Of a DNA stretch of 64,000 nt, positions 55,540 to 64,000 are shown piece by piece. The notes under the pieces were generated by a model. It ran no database searches, was not told the origin of the DNA, and saw nothing but the letters and a program-made list of their open reading frames with translations. The first letter of the stretch is position 1. The number at the start of each line of letters is the position of its first letter. Position numbers and translations under genes: made by a program. The stretch covers positions 2,229 through 66,228 of the forward strand of contig CAYYPQ010000014.1 of NCBI GenBank assembly GCA_964473615.1, written 5' to 3'. The stretch is from an uncultured Desulfobacteraceae bacterium. Its GTDB lineage: Bacteria > Desulfobacterota > DSM-4660 > Desulfatiglandales > Desulfatiglandaceae.

Positions 55540-58500
55540 AATTGCAAAGAACCCCCCCCGAGGTCCTGACCGATTCCATGTGGGAATTGACGCAGGCGCT
55601 GTTAGTCTTAATTGTGTCGTTATAAACGATAACAAGGAGGTTGTTTACGATGCTCCTTATGAGCGTCACCTCGGCAGGGTGGAAGAGGGTGCCTTGTCAC
55701 TTATCCAAGATCTATACGGCAGATTGGGGGAAGACCGGATTCGATCTGTCTCATTCACCGGAAACCATGGCAAAAATCTTGCTGAAAAGCTGGGCGTGTT
55801 TTATGAGTTTGAGACAATCAGCCAGGCCCTGGGCGCGATTTTTGTGAAGCCGGATGTCAAGACAATCATCACTATGGGCGGTCAAGATACGGCCCTCTTA
55901 CAGATTCATCACTCGCAAGGTGATTGGGAACTGGAATATTTCAATACGAATGGTCCCTGTGCCTCCGGTACCGGATCTTTCATTGACCAGCAGGCACAGA
56001 GGTTGGCTACTTCGATTTATGCCAGTGAGGTAGATATTTCACAAGACCAGATCGATAAGATACTGGTAGATTTTATAAGACTCGGCCTTAGAAGCCAAAG
56101 GCCTGCGGACGTTGCGTGCCGGTGTACCGTATTTACAAAATCCGACATGATTCACCTTCAAAACAAGGGGGAGAAACTGGAGGACATTATTTATGGCCTG
56201 CACGTGGGAAACGCCAGAAATTATATAAGTACTATTGTTTCCAATCGGGTGCTTGAAGAACCCATTATCTTCATTGGCGGGCTCTCTTTAAACGAACTGC
56301 AGGTGAAGGCCTTTAAGGGCTATTTTCCTGGGTTGATTGTTCCTGCTGGGTATAACACCTCTATAGGTGCTTTAGGAGTCGCTTTGCAGGCCATTGAATC
56401 AGGCATTAGAAACGGGGCGAATCTGGAGATGCTCAGGCCGGGGAGGATTGGGGTTGAAATTTCGGTCCCTGTTGCTGCCAAACTGGAACTGAAACAGACA
56501 GTATTTCCGGAAACTAATGAGATCCGGAAAAAGTTTTTGCCAACAGGGATGAGGAGGCTATGCCTGGGCATAGACGTGGGATCCACTACCACAAAATACG
56601 CGCTCGTCAATGAAGCCCGTGAGATCATCCACAAGTGCTACGTTCCGACTCAGGGTAAACCCATAGAGGTGGCGCAGAGTCTTCTCGCGTTTATACGTGA
56701 TGACTTGGGAGAGAATATTGAGATTGCAGGCACGGCCACAACCGGTTCCGGCAGGAACGTGGTGGGGGATTTTCTGAATGTAGACCTGATCATAGACGAG
56801 ATAACCGCCCATGCAAGAGGGGCCGTAGAGATAGATCCGGAGGTAGATACCATTTTCGAGATCGGGGGGCAGGACTCCAAATATATCTACATTGCAAACA
56901 CATACCCCCTTGATTTTGATATGAACAAGGTCTGTGCGGCTGGTACAGGAAGCTTTTTGCACGAACTGGCCAATAAATACGGGATCAATATTGTGAACGA
57001 GTTCCAGCAGATTGCGCTTTCATCGGAGGCCCCCGTTAAGCTGGCTGAGAGATGTACGGTATTTATGGAGTCAGATCTCGTTTCCTATCATCAGAAAGGG
57101 GCAAACAAGAAGGACCTTATTGCGGGACTGTGCTATGCTATTGTCCATAACTATCTAAACCGTGTAGTTGGGAAGAGGAAGATAGGGCAGCGGATCATGT
57201 TCTTGGGAGGCCCCTCCTTGAATAAGGGGGTGGTGGCCGCGTTTGAGGATGTTCTTGGGCGTGGTGTCCTGGTCCCTCAACACAGAGAGGTCTTGGGCGC
57301 ATACGGGGCCGCGATTAGCGTGCATGACAAAATGGATTCAGAAAACAGGGAAAGGAGTTCTTTTAGGGGGATAGAAAGTGCCATAAACGATCAGATGAAG
57401 TATGTGGAAAAGGTCTGTCATGCTGATCCAAATTGTCATAACCAGTGCAAACTAAAAATATACGATTTTGACGGCCGACGCAGTGTGTGGGGAGGTGAGT
57501 GTGGCCGCTATGAGCTGACAAGGACAGGGATTACCAAAAAAGAGAACCTTTTTGAATTGAGACAAAAGATCTGGCAGAAGTATATGGAAGGTGTATATGA
57601 AGAATTGAAGGGGGAACCTCTCATGACGGTCGATGGCCGTGCGACAGTGGGCATGCAGAGGGCCCTTTACGGCCACCAGACTAGCGTGCTGTGGGCGCAT
57701 TTTTTTGATAAGCTCGGATTTCGGCTTGTCTTGACTCCTCCTACGAACACCCAAATATCCAGGTCTGGGATAGAGACAATGGTGGCAGAGACCTGTTATC
57801 CTGTGAAGGTATCTCATGGCCATGTTAAGGAGCTGATGGGCAAGACAAGATATCTCTTTGTTCCCAGCATGATAACCATGTCCACCCTTAAGGAACGGGA
57901 AGTGGGATTTTATTGCCCAATGGTCCAGACCAATTCTTATATGTTGCGCGTTGCCCTTGGCCTGGATATGTCATCTGCCTTGCATCCGACAATTCATCTA
58001 AAGTACGATCCAGACACCCTTGCAGTGGAGCTTTCGGAACAGATACAATCCAAGCTTGGTGTAACGAGGGCCGAAATAAAAAAGGCCCTTTACTATGCCT
58101 TGGATAGAAATGAGCAATTTTCCAAAGAGATGTGGCAGAATGGAAGGGAATTTTTTGAACGTCAGGACCAGAGTGAACCAATAGTGGTGGTAACAGGACG
58201 GCCATATAATCTCTATGATGAGAGATTGAATCTAAGGCTGGGTCAGAATTTGGCCAAAATCGGTGTAGCTGCCTTGCCAATGGATTTCATTGATGTGTCA
58301 TCAGTTGACCTCTCGGATTTTCCGTCCATGTATTGGGGCTTTGGCTCTCAGGTCTTAAGGACGGCCAGGGTTATAAAAAGATATCCCAATTACTTTGGGT
58401 TACATTTGACCAATTTTAGCTGTGGTGTGGATTCTTTTCTGGAACATTTTTATAAGCATATTATGGGGGATAAGGCCTATTTGATTCTTGAACTGGACGA

Positions 58501-58615
58501 GCATAGCGCGGTTGCCGGCATGATGACGAGGCTCGAGGCCTATAAAAACGTTATAGAGAATTCAATGCAAAAATTGAGTATAACTCAAGACCGCAATTTA
58601 AGGGCTGCGAATTAA
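55523..58615 (+). CDS. Double BadF/BadG/BcrA/BcrD-type ATPase (acyl-CoA dehydratase activase-related) with a C-terminal activase-associated domain
   Basis: 1,030 aa. There are two ASKHA ATPase modules (GIDAGAVSLNCVV...MGGQDTALL and GIDVGSTTTKYALV...IGGQDSKYI...CAAGTGSFL), followed by a domain of about 400 aa of the type fused to such activases. It overlaps the radical SAM gene by 17 nt. Confidence 0.8.
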   Translation: MNKIAKIAKNPPRGPDRFHVGIDAGAVSLNCVVINDNKEVVYDAPYERHLGRVEEGALSLIQDLYGRLGEDRIRSVSFTGNHGKNLAEKLGVFYEFETISQALGAIFVKPDVKTIITMGGQDTALLQIHHSQGDWELEYFNTNGPCASGTGSFIDQQAQRLATSIYASEVDISQDQIDKILVDFIRLGLRSQRPADVACRCTVFTKSDMIHLQNKGEKLEDIIYGLHVGNARNYISTIVSNRVLEEPIIFIGGLSLNELQVKAFKGYFPGLIVPAGYNTSIGALGVALQAIESGIRNGANLEMLRPGRIGVEISVPVAAKLELKQTVFPETNEIRKKFLPTGMRRLCLGIDVGSTTTKYALVNEAREIIHKCYVPTQGKPIEVAQSLLAFIRDDLGENIEIAGTATTGSGRNVVGDFLNVDLIIDEITAHARGAVEIDPEVDTIFEIGGQDSKYIYIANTYPLDFDMNKVCAAGTGSFLHELANKYGINIVNEFQQIALSSEAPVKLAERCTVFMESDLVSYHQKGANKKDLIAGLCYAIVHNYLNRVVGKRKIGQRIMFLGGPSLNKGVVAAFEDVLGRGVLVPQHREVLGAYGAAISVHDKMDSENRERSSFRGIESAINDQMKYVEKVCHADPNCHNQCKLKIYDFDGRRSVWGGECGRYELTRTGITKKENLFELRQKIWQKYMEGVYEELKGEPLMTVDGRATVGMQRALYGHQTSVLWAHFFDKLGFRLVLTPPTNTQISRSGIETMVAETCYPVKVSHGHVKELMGKTRYLFVPSMITMSTLKEREVGFYCPMVQTNSYMLRVALGLDMSSALHPTIHLKYDPDTLAVELSEQIQSKLGVTRAEIKKALYYALDRNEQFSKEMWQNGREFFERQDQSEPIVVVTGRPYNLYDERLNLRLGQNLAKIGVAALPMDFIDVSSVDLSDFPSMYWGFGSQVLRTARVIKRYPNYFGLHLTNFSCGVDSFLEHFYKHIMGDKAYLILELDEHSAVAGMMTRLEAYKNVIENSMQKLSITQDRNLRAAN

Positions 58616-58621
58616 GGAACA

Positions 58622-59980
58622 ATGAAATCACAGGACTTGAAGAGCTTTCAATCATTAGCTAAGGGTGTCGGGACGTTTTATGCCAGGAATAAAACCTTCC
58701 TGATCCCTCAGATGAATAGGGTTGGAGGGCATCTTATCGCCGGGGCCTTTAGGGGTTTTGGCATCCACGCACAGGTCATGGAAACCTATAAAGGGATGGA
58801 CCTGGGAAGGGAATATACCTCCGGGAAAGAGTGTTTCCCCTGTCAGATCACCACAGGAGACATCCTGTATTTTATGAGAAAAGAGCAGGAGAGGCTCGGC
58901 CGTGCCTTTAATGTGGATGACTATATATATTTTATGCCTGAGTCGGATGGGCCATGTCGTTTCGGCATGTACAACAAGTACCAGAGGATTGTCCTGGACT
59001 CTTTTCCCGAACTGCGTGGATTAAAGATTGGGTCTCTGACCACAACTAATGGGTATTCTCTGTCCGGAATGATAGAGGAGAATCGCATAGGTGATTTCAG
59101 GAAAGCGGCCTATTTTGCCGTTATAGTTGCTGATATTCTCGATAGATTGCTCTGGAGAATCAGGCCTTACGAAAAGGAAGCAGGAATGACGGATGCCTTT
59201 ATCGAGCAATCGACGCATGTTATGGCGGATATTTTTGAGGCCTATGGTCCAAAAAAGGAGTTTGATAAGATCCTTGACAGGTTGGACGATATGATACAGG
59301 AGGCGAAATCAATCATTAATCCCGGTATTTCCCCCAAACCATTGATTGGTGTAGTTGGTGAAATTTATCTCAGGAGCCACGTCCATGCCAATCAGGATCT
59401 GATCAGGGTATTGGAAAGGTTTGGGGCCGAGGTGGTGAATGCCTCTATTGCCGAATGGATGAATTACATAAGCTATGACAGATTGAGAGATGCCAAGATA
59501 GGATTTCGCCTGAACCTCAAGCAGGGCCGTCTTGGTGAGATGTGGAGGCATATAAAAGACACACTCAGCATTGGTGGAGAGCTTTTGTATCAACAAGCCA
59601 GACAAAAGCAGGCATATAAACGGGCCAGAAGTCTCATCGACTTGGCTGGAGACCATAAGGTAGGACTTCTCGAAGATATCTTGAATGAAGAAGACATGTT
59701 TTCTTTTGACGCGGGGACAGAGGCCTGTTTAAGCATTGCCGGAATCGTGGAATATGCCAGGGAAGGGTATAATGGCGTGGTCAATGTCTATCCGTTTACC
59801 TGCATGCCGAGCACGACTACTTCTGCTATTGCAAGGCCTCTAACGAACAAACTCAGAGTTCCCTATCTGGATACCCCGTACGACGGAAGCTTCCAAACGG
59901 GAAGGGAAGCGGCCATAAGGACCTTCATGTACCAGGCGCACCAACACTTCAGACGGAATGGCAGAAAAAGGCATACTTAG
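58622..59980 (+). CDS. Activase-associated (BCR/HAD-family-related) protein, partner of the preceding gene
   Basis: 452 aa, starting 6 nt after the preceding gene. It has Cys-containing motifs (SGKECFPCQITTGD, SDGPCRFG, YPFTCMPS) typical of proteins found fused or adjacent to double-ATPase activases. Confidence 0.6.
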   Translation: MKSQDLKSFQSLAKGVGTFYARNKTFLIPQMNRVGGHLIAGAFRGFGIHAQVMETYKGMDLGREYTSGKECFPCQITTGDILYFMRKEQERLGRAFNVDDYIYFMPESDGPCRFGMYNKYQRIVLDSFPELRGLKIGSLTTTNGYSLSGMIEENRIGDFRKAAYFAVIVADILDRLLWRIRPYEKEAGMTDAFIEQSTHVMADIFEAYGPKKEFDKILDRLDDMIQEAKSIINPGISPKPLIGVVGEIYLRSHVHANQDLIRVLERFGAEVVNASIAEWMNYISYDRLRDAKIGFRLNLKQGRLGEMWRHIKDTLSIGGELLYQQARQKQAYKRARSLIDLAGDHKVGLLEDILNEEDMFSFDAGTEACLSIAGIVEYAREGYNGVVNVYPFTCMPSTTTSAIARPLTNKLRVPYLDTPYDGSFQTGREAAIRTFMYQAHQHFRRNGRKRHT

Positions 59981-60163
59981 CCCCCATAGTACTTCCACAA
60001 CTTTTTTACATCGTAGATTTATCCGTGATAATTGACCAAGTGAGCTATATGTGTGGTGAGCGCAGGCCCTTTTTTTCAAAACATAGGTCTTTGGCTATGG
60101 AAGTTTATTTTGTAAAGAGGAATTGAGGCCACAATGAATACATTTGGGGAATGAGATTGAGTT

Positions 60164-61660
60164 ATGACTACAAAGATGCTCATAAATGCAGTGGAGTCAG
60201 AGGAATACAGGGTGGCCATAGTCAAGGATGGGTTGCTCGATGGCTTTTATATTGAGACCGCCACGACAGAGCAGAAGATTGGAAATATATATAAAGGTGT
60301 TGTGGACGGGATAAGGCACAGCCTGCAGGCCTGTTTTGTCAAGTTTGGGGCTGAGAGAGACGGCTTTTTGCAGGCCAGCGAGATCCATCCAGAGTATTAT
60401 GTATATGATCGCAGTCCTGGAAAGGATCATGCGCTTCCCCCAGTAGATAAGATAGTAAAAAAGGGGCAGGAGGTGCTTGTCCAGGTGACAAAAGAGATGC
60501 CAGGAAAGGGTGCCCAGCTAACAACCTACTTGTCTCTGGCCAGCCGGTATTTGGTCCTGACCCCCGGGAGCACGTCGGGTGGTGTCTCGAGAAAGATCGA
60601 AGACGAGAAGGAGCGCCTCCGTCTCAAGTCCATTATGGCCCAATTTAATTTCCCAGAGGGTATCGGATACATAGTCAGGACCGCGGCCCTGAAACAGAAC
60701 AAGAGGGATCTATCCAAGGACCTTAATAGGCTTTTAAGGATGTGGGAGGATATCAAGAAGAGGGTGAAAGATGCCCCTCCACTCACACCCATTTACAAGG
60801 AGCAGGACATTTGCCTTCGCACTCTCAGAGATTATTTCTCGAGCGATGTCACTGAGGTGCTCGTAGATGATAAGGAGACCCTCTACAAGGTAAAGGACTA
60901 CATGAAGATCATCTCTCCAAGGCATAGGGGGAGAGTAAAGCTTTACAAGGGGAAGCGGCCTATATTTGCCCACCACGAGGTTGAGAAACAGATTGAGGCT
61001 ATTTATAGCAACAGGGTGCCCTTGAAGTCGGGCGGTTCTATTGTCATAGATCCAACCGAGGCACTGATCTCGATAGACGTGAATTCAGGACGTGCAATAG
61101 CCGGGGGAGGGGTTGAGGCTACGGCCTTTAAGACCAATCTCGAGGCCGCTGTTGAAGTCGCCCGTCAACTTCGTTTGAGAGATATGGGGGGGCTTGTGGT
61201 CATTGATTTTATTGATATGAGGGACAAGAAACATATTAAGGAAGTAGAGAGGTTGCTCCGCGAAGAAACAAAAAAGGATCGAGCAAAGACCGATATATCC
61301 CATATCTCAAAATTTGGTCTTCTCGAGCTATCACGACAGAGACTAAGGCCCTCAATAGAATCCAGAAGCTACCAGATATGCCATCAATGCCATGGGAGGG
61401 GGCTAGTCCTTTCAGTTGAATCTGCCTCGGTGTCGTTCCTGCGCCAGATTTGGATGGGGGTATCAAGAAAGGGGATCAGACAGGTGAAAGGGGTCCTTCC
61501 CATGAATGTCGCCACATATCTTCAGAACAAGAAGAGAAAGGAACTGGCACAACTTGAGTCCAGGTATGGAGTTGATATCGTTTTGCAGGCTGACCCATGG
61601 CTCCCATCTGGAGGCGGAAGGCTTGAATTCGTAAAGGAAGATGGTGATTTAATAAACTGA
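60164..61660 (+). CDS. rng: Ribonuclease G (RNase E/G family)
   Basis: 498 aa. It has an S1 domain (NIYKGVVDGIRHSLQACFVKFG), DNase-I-like catalytic motifs (IVIDPTEALISIDVNSGR, GGLVVIDFIDM) and a Zn-link (CHQCHGRG). Its size fits RNase G rather than RNase E. Confidence 0.9.
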   Translation: MTTKMLINAVESEEYRVAIVKDGLLDGFYIETATTEQKIGNIYKGVVDGIRHSLQACFVKFGAERDGFLQASEIHPEYYVYDRSPGKDHALPPVDKIVKKGQEVLVQVTKEMPGKGAQLTTYLSLASRYLVLTPGSTSGGVSRKIEDEKERLRLKSIMAQFNFPEGIGYIVRTAALKQNKRDLSKDLNRLLRMWEDIKKRVKDAPPLTPIYKEQDICLRTLRDYFSSDVTEVLVDDKETLYKVKDYMKIISPRHRGRVKLYKGKRPIFAHHEVEKQIEAIYSNRVPLKSGGSIVIDPTEALISIDVNSGRAIAGGGVEATAFKTNLEAAVEVARQLRLRDMGGLVVIDFIDMRDKKHIKEVERLLREETKKDRAKTDISHISKFGLLELSRQRLRPSIESRSYQICHQCHGRGLVLSVESASVSFLRQIWMGVSRKGIRQVKGVLPMNVATYLQNKKRKELAQLESRYGVDIVLQADPWLPSGGGRLEFVKEDGDLIN

Positions 61661-61710
61661 TTGGTGTCTGGAAATGATAACCAACTGCGGACAGTGGACA
61701 ACTGAGAGCT

Positions 61711-63540
61711 ATGTTCAACAACATTATCTATTTTATTGTCGTCCTTCTAATATTTAGCATAAACTACCCCGACAACACCCCCGAAAATTCCCTTCCCTTC
61801 TCTCTTTCCATGTTTTTTGTCTGCTGGTTTATTTTTGCGGGATACTGTCGCTTTGCATTCCTTAACCTGCAGAAACGCCTTGATCACGCGAGCCGCCTTG
61901 AAAGGGCTGACAGCCTTCTCACCAGTCAATATCATAGCCTGATAGCCAAATTTTCCGTCCTGGCCGTTTTTTTATTTGGGCTGGATGTCTATCTCTTCAG
62001 CCTGAAGGCGTGGATCCAGATGATCCCGGTGGCCCAAGGCCTCACGGTGCTACAGGGAGGAATTGCCCTATCACTGTTTTTCTTTTATCTGAGCACGATC
62101 TGGTATTTCGCATATCCGGCCTACCGTTCTATAATTCAGCACGGTATTACAAGGCGATCCTACATACAGTCTAACCTAAGGCTGAATTTTCCCATCCTTT
62201 TCCCGTGGATGGTCCTCTCCTTCGTATATGACCTCATTGCCCTTAGTCCCTGGTTTGGACCTGACTCTTTTATGAATAGTATCGAGGGGCAGATAGTCTT
62301 TTTCGCAATCTTTCTCACGCTCCTCATGATCTTTATGCCGATGTTCGTGCAGTATTGGTGGGGCTGTAAACCGCTTCAGCAATCAGAAAAGGCCAACCAG
62401 TTAGTGGCATTTCTACGCGAGAAGGGCTTTAAATGCCGTCATATCGTCAAATGGCCAATTTTTGAAGGGAGGATGATGACGGCAGGAATCATGGGCATAC
62501 TGCCCAGGTATAGATACATCCTTATCACCGACTCCCTATTGGAGGTCCTTTCTGTAGAGGAATTGAAGGCAGTACTAGCGCACGAGATGGGGCATGCCAA
62601 GTACCGCCACCTCCTTTTCTATATCCTCTTTTTCGTGGGATTTATGGCGCTATCTTTTGGGCTGTATGACCTTTTCTTTTATATTTTTTCTTTGAACCCC
62701 TCTATTCTGAAGGTGATTTCCGGCAAAGGCCCACAGGCCATTAACCTCTTTTACCTGTTATTATCTGTTCCCATGCTGATGACAATATTTGTCTATTTTC
62801 GCTATATCATGGGCTTCTTTATGCGCAATTTCGAGCGTCAGGCCGACCTTTATTCCAGCGTGATCATGGGGACACCCGGGCACACCATCAGCTCCCTGGA
62901 AAAGATTGCCCTTCTTAGTGGAAAGACCAGAGACCTCCCGAGCTGGCACCATTTCAGCATCAGGGAACGGGTGGACTACCTGTGGCGGACCTTGAGAGAC
63001 CCGGGCCTTATTCGACATCATAATCGTTTCGTATTTATCTCCTTTTTGATCTATCTGGGTTGTATGGGGGGGCTGACGTATCTATTAAATTTTGGTCCAA
63101 TGAAACAGCATCTGACTTACGACCTCGTTGAAAATGTCCTTAACCAGCAGCTTTTGAAGGAACCGCAAAACATAAACCTTTACCAGAATCTTGCCATGGT
63201 CTACCAGCAGACAGGGAAATATCAAAAGGCAATTGTGACATATGAAAAGATCATTGCCCTGGATCCAAATCAGGGAGTGGCATTGAACAATCTGGCCTGG
63301 CTCCTGGTTACGGCCCCCAGTGATGAATTTAGAGATAATGCTCGCGCCCTCGATCTCGCAAAAAGGGCAGTAGCACTAAAGAAATCTCCCGTGTTTCTTG
63401 ATACATTAGCAGAGGCCTATTATGCCAACGGCTCCTTTGGTAAGGCCGTTGAGACTTGCAGAGAGGCCGTCAAGCTGGCCACAAAGGATATAGGGTATTA
63501 TAAGGGACAATTAAAAAAATTCCTGGCTGCAAGGGGCTAG
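61711..63540 (+). CDS. Membrane M48-family zinc metallopeptidase with C-terminal TPR repeats
   Basis: 609 aa. It has multiple TM helices, an HEMGH motif (LAHEMGHAKYRH), a downstream ERQADLY, and a C-terminal TPR region (YQNLAMVYQQTGKYQKAIVTYEKIIALDPNQGVALNNLAWLL). Confidence 0.85.
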   Translation: MFNNIIYFIVVLLIFSINYPDNTPENSLPFSLSMFFVCWFIFAGYCRFAFLNLQKRLDHASRLERADSLLTSQYHSLIAKFSVLAVFLFGLDVYLFSLKAWIQMIPVAQGLTVLQGGIALSLFFFYLSTIWYFAYPAYRSIIQHGITRRSYIQSNLRLNFPILFPWMVLSFVYDLIALSPWFGPDSFMNSIEGQIVFFAIFLTLLMIFMPMFVQYWWGCKPLQQSEKANQLVAFLREKGFKCRHIVKWPIFEGRMMTAGIMGILPRYRYILITDSLLEVLSVEELKAVLAHEMGHAKYRHLLFYILFFVGFMALSFGLYDLFFYIFSLNPSILKVISGKGPQAINLFYLLLSVPMLMTIFVYFRYIMGFFMRNFERQADLYSSVIMGTPGHTISSLEKIALLSGKTRDLPSWHHFSIRERVDYLWRTLRDPGLIRHHNRFVFISFLIYLGCMGGLTYLLNFGPMKQHLTYDLVENVLNQQLLKEPQNINLYQNLAMVYQQTGKYQKAIVTYEKIIALDPNQGVALNNLAWLLVTAPSDEFRDNARALDLAKRAVALKKSPVFLDTLAEAYYANGSFGKAVETCREAVKLATKDIGYYKGQLKKFLAARG

Positions 63541-63980
63541 GACCCCTTTGGTCTAAAATGTTCTTTGGCTTTTCCAAATAATATTCTTATTAAAATATAC
63601 AAGGGAATAAAGACGAAGGGATAGCTTACCCTGTCCCCAACAAGGGGCACATAAAATGGAAGGGGAAATTGTACCTTGGAAAATCTTGTTTGCAACCATG
63701 CGAGCGCAAAAGGGATAGGCCATAATGAAGATGCGGCCATGGCAAATTCCAGAAAGATGGTCCTGCCATAGGCCTCATTGGCCAGCCAATTGATTGCCCT
63801 ATAAGCCTTTTTGTTACCTACCCTGAGGGCACTCATCGACTGGTTGTGCAATTGTGCCGTTTCCCGAACCACGTCTCTCACGTGGAAACGATTGACCCTA
63901 AAGGCTATAAAGCTGGTCAACTCACCTGCAATGATAGACCATAATGCCAGGAAAATGGTGCCCACCCACCACCCTACCAC
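63537..63980 (-). CDS. Hypothetical membrane protein (N terminus may lie beyond the right window edge)
   Basis: 147-aa ORF from a GTG start with several hydrophobic helices. The reading frame stays open from 63981 to the window end, so the true start is uncertain. It overlaps the M48 gene stop by 4 nt. Confidence 0.4.
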   Translation of the reverse strand: MVGWWVGTIFLALWSIIAGELTSFIAFRVNRFHVRDVVRETAQLHNQSMSALRVGNKKAYRAINWLANEAYGRTIFLEFAMAASSLWPIPFALAWLQTRFSKVQFPLPFYVPLVGDRVSYPFVFIPLYILIRILFGKAKEHFRPKGS

Positions 63981-64000
63981 AGGGTCTTCCGGCCAGCGGT

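Overview
The gene content of this 64-kb window looks like an anaerobic deltaproteobacterium or Desulfobacterota. That lineage call is an inference from RNase Y, F-ATPase genes with b/b' stator pairs, BCR/HAD-type activase genes and a corrinoid methyltransferase pair.

The left 35 kb is essentially one minus-strand operon. In order it encodes a TolC-family outer-membrane protein, an uninterrupted 7,817-aa giant surface protein, a DUF3467-like protein, a GAF-HlyD protein, a PqqD-like/M50-protease/HlyD fusion, a C-terminally truncated SecA paralogue, a small HlyD-type adaptor and a SurA-N-like lipoprotein. The giant protein carries an N-terminal LEPR-XLL-like motif, DUF4347, RTX repeats, beta-helix repeats, C-terminal LysM and a single TM-like segment. 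No ABC transporter is present anywhere in the window. I read this locus as a candidate non-canonical, TolC-dependent, SecA-like-powered export and anchoring system for an N-terminus-first giant adhesin. This is the top finding.

The right 29 kb carries a URO-D-type methyltransferase plus corrinoid protein, then F1Fo ATP synthase genes in an unusual layout. That layout is atpZ-atpI-a, a four-hairpin fused c subunit retaining only 2 of 4 carboxylates, a repeat element, a monomeric c with a two-carboxylate Na+ motif, and b'-b. A bactofilin gene follows, then a second b'-b pair with delta-alpha-gamma-beta-epsilon. The remaining genes are zapB-zapA, rny, polA, a radical-SAM plus double-ATPase activase locus, rng, and an M48-TPR peptidase.

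A structured intergenic repeat of about 260 bp occurs four times in the same orientation (two full copies, two partial). A MITE-like inverted-repeat element and two related perfect palindromes lie upstream of the radical SAM gene. No rRNA, tRNA, CRISPR array, transposase or integrase was seen.
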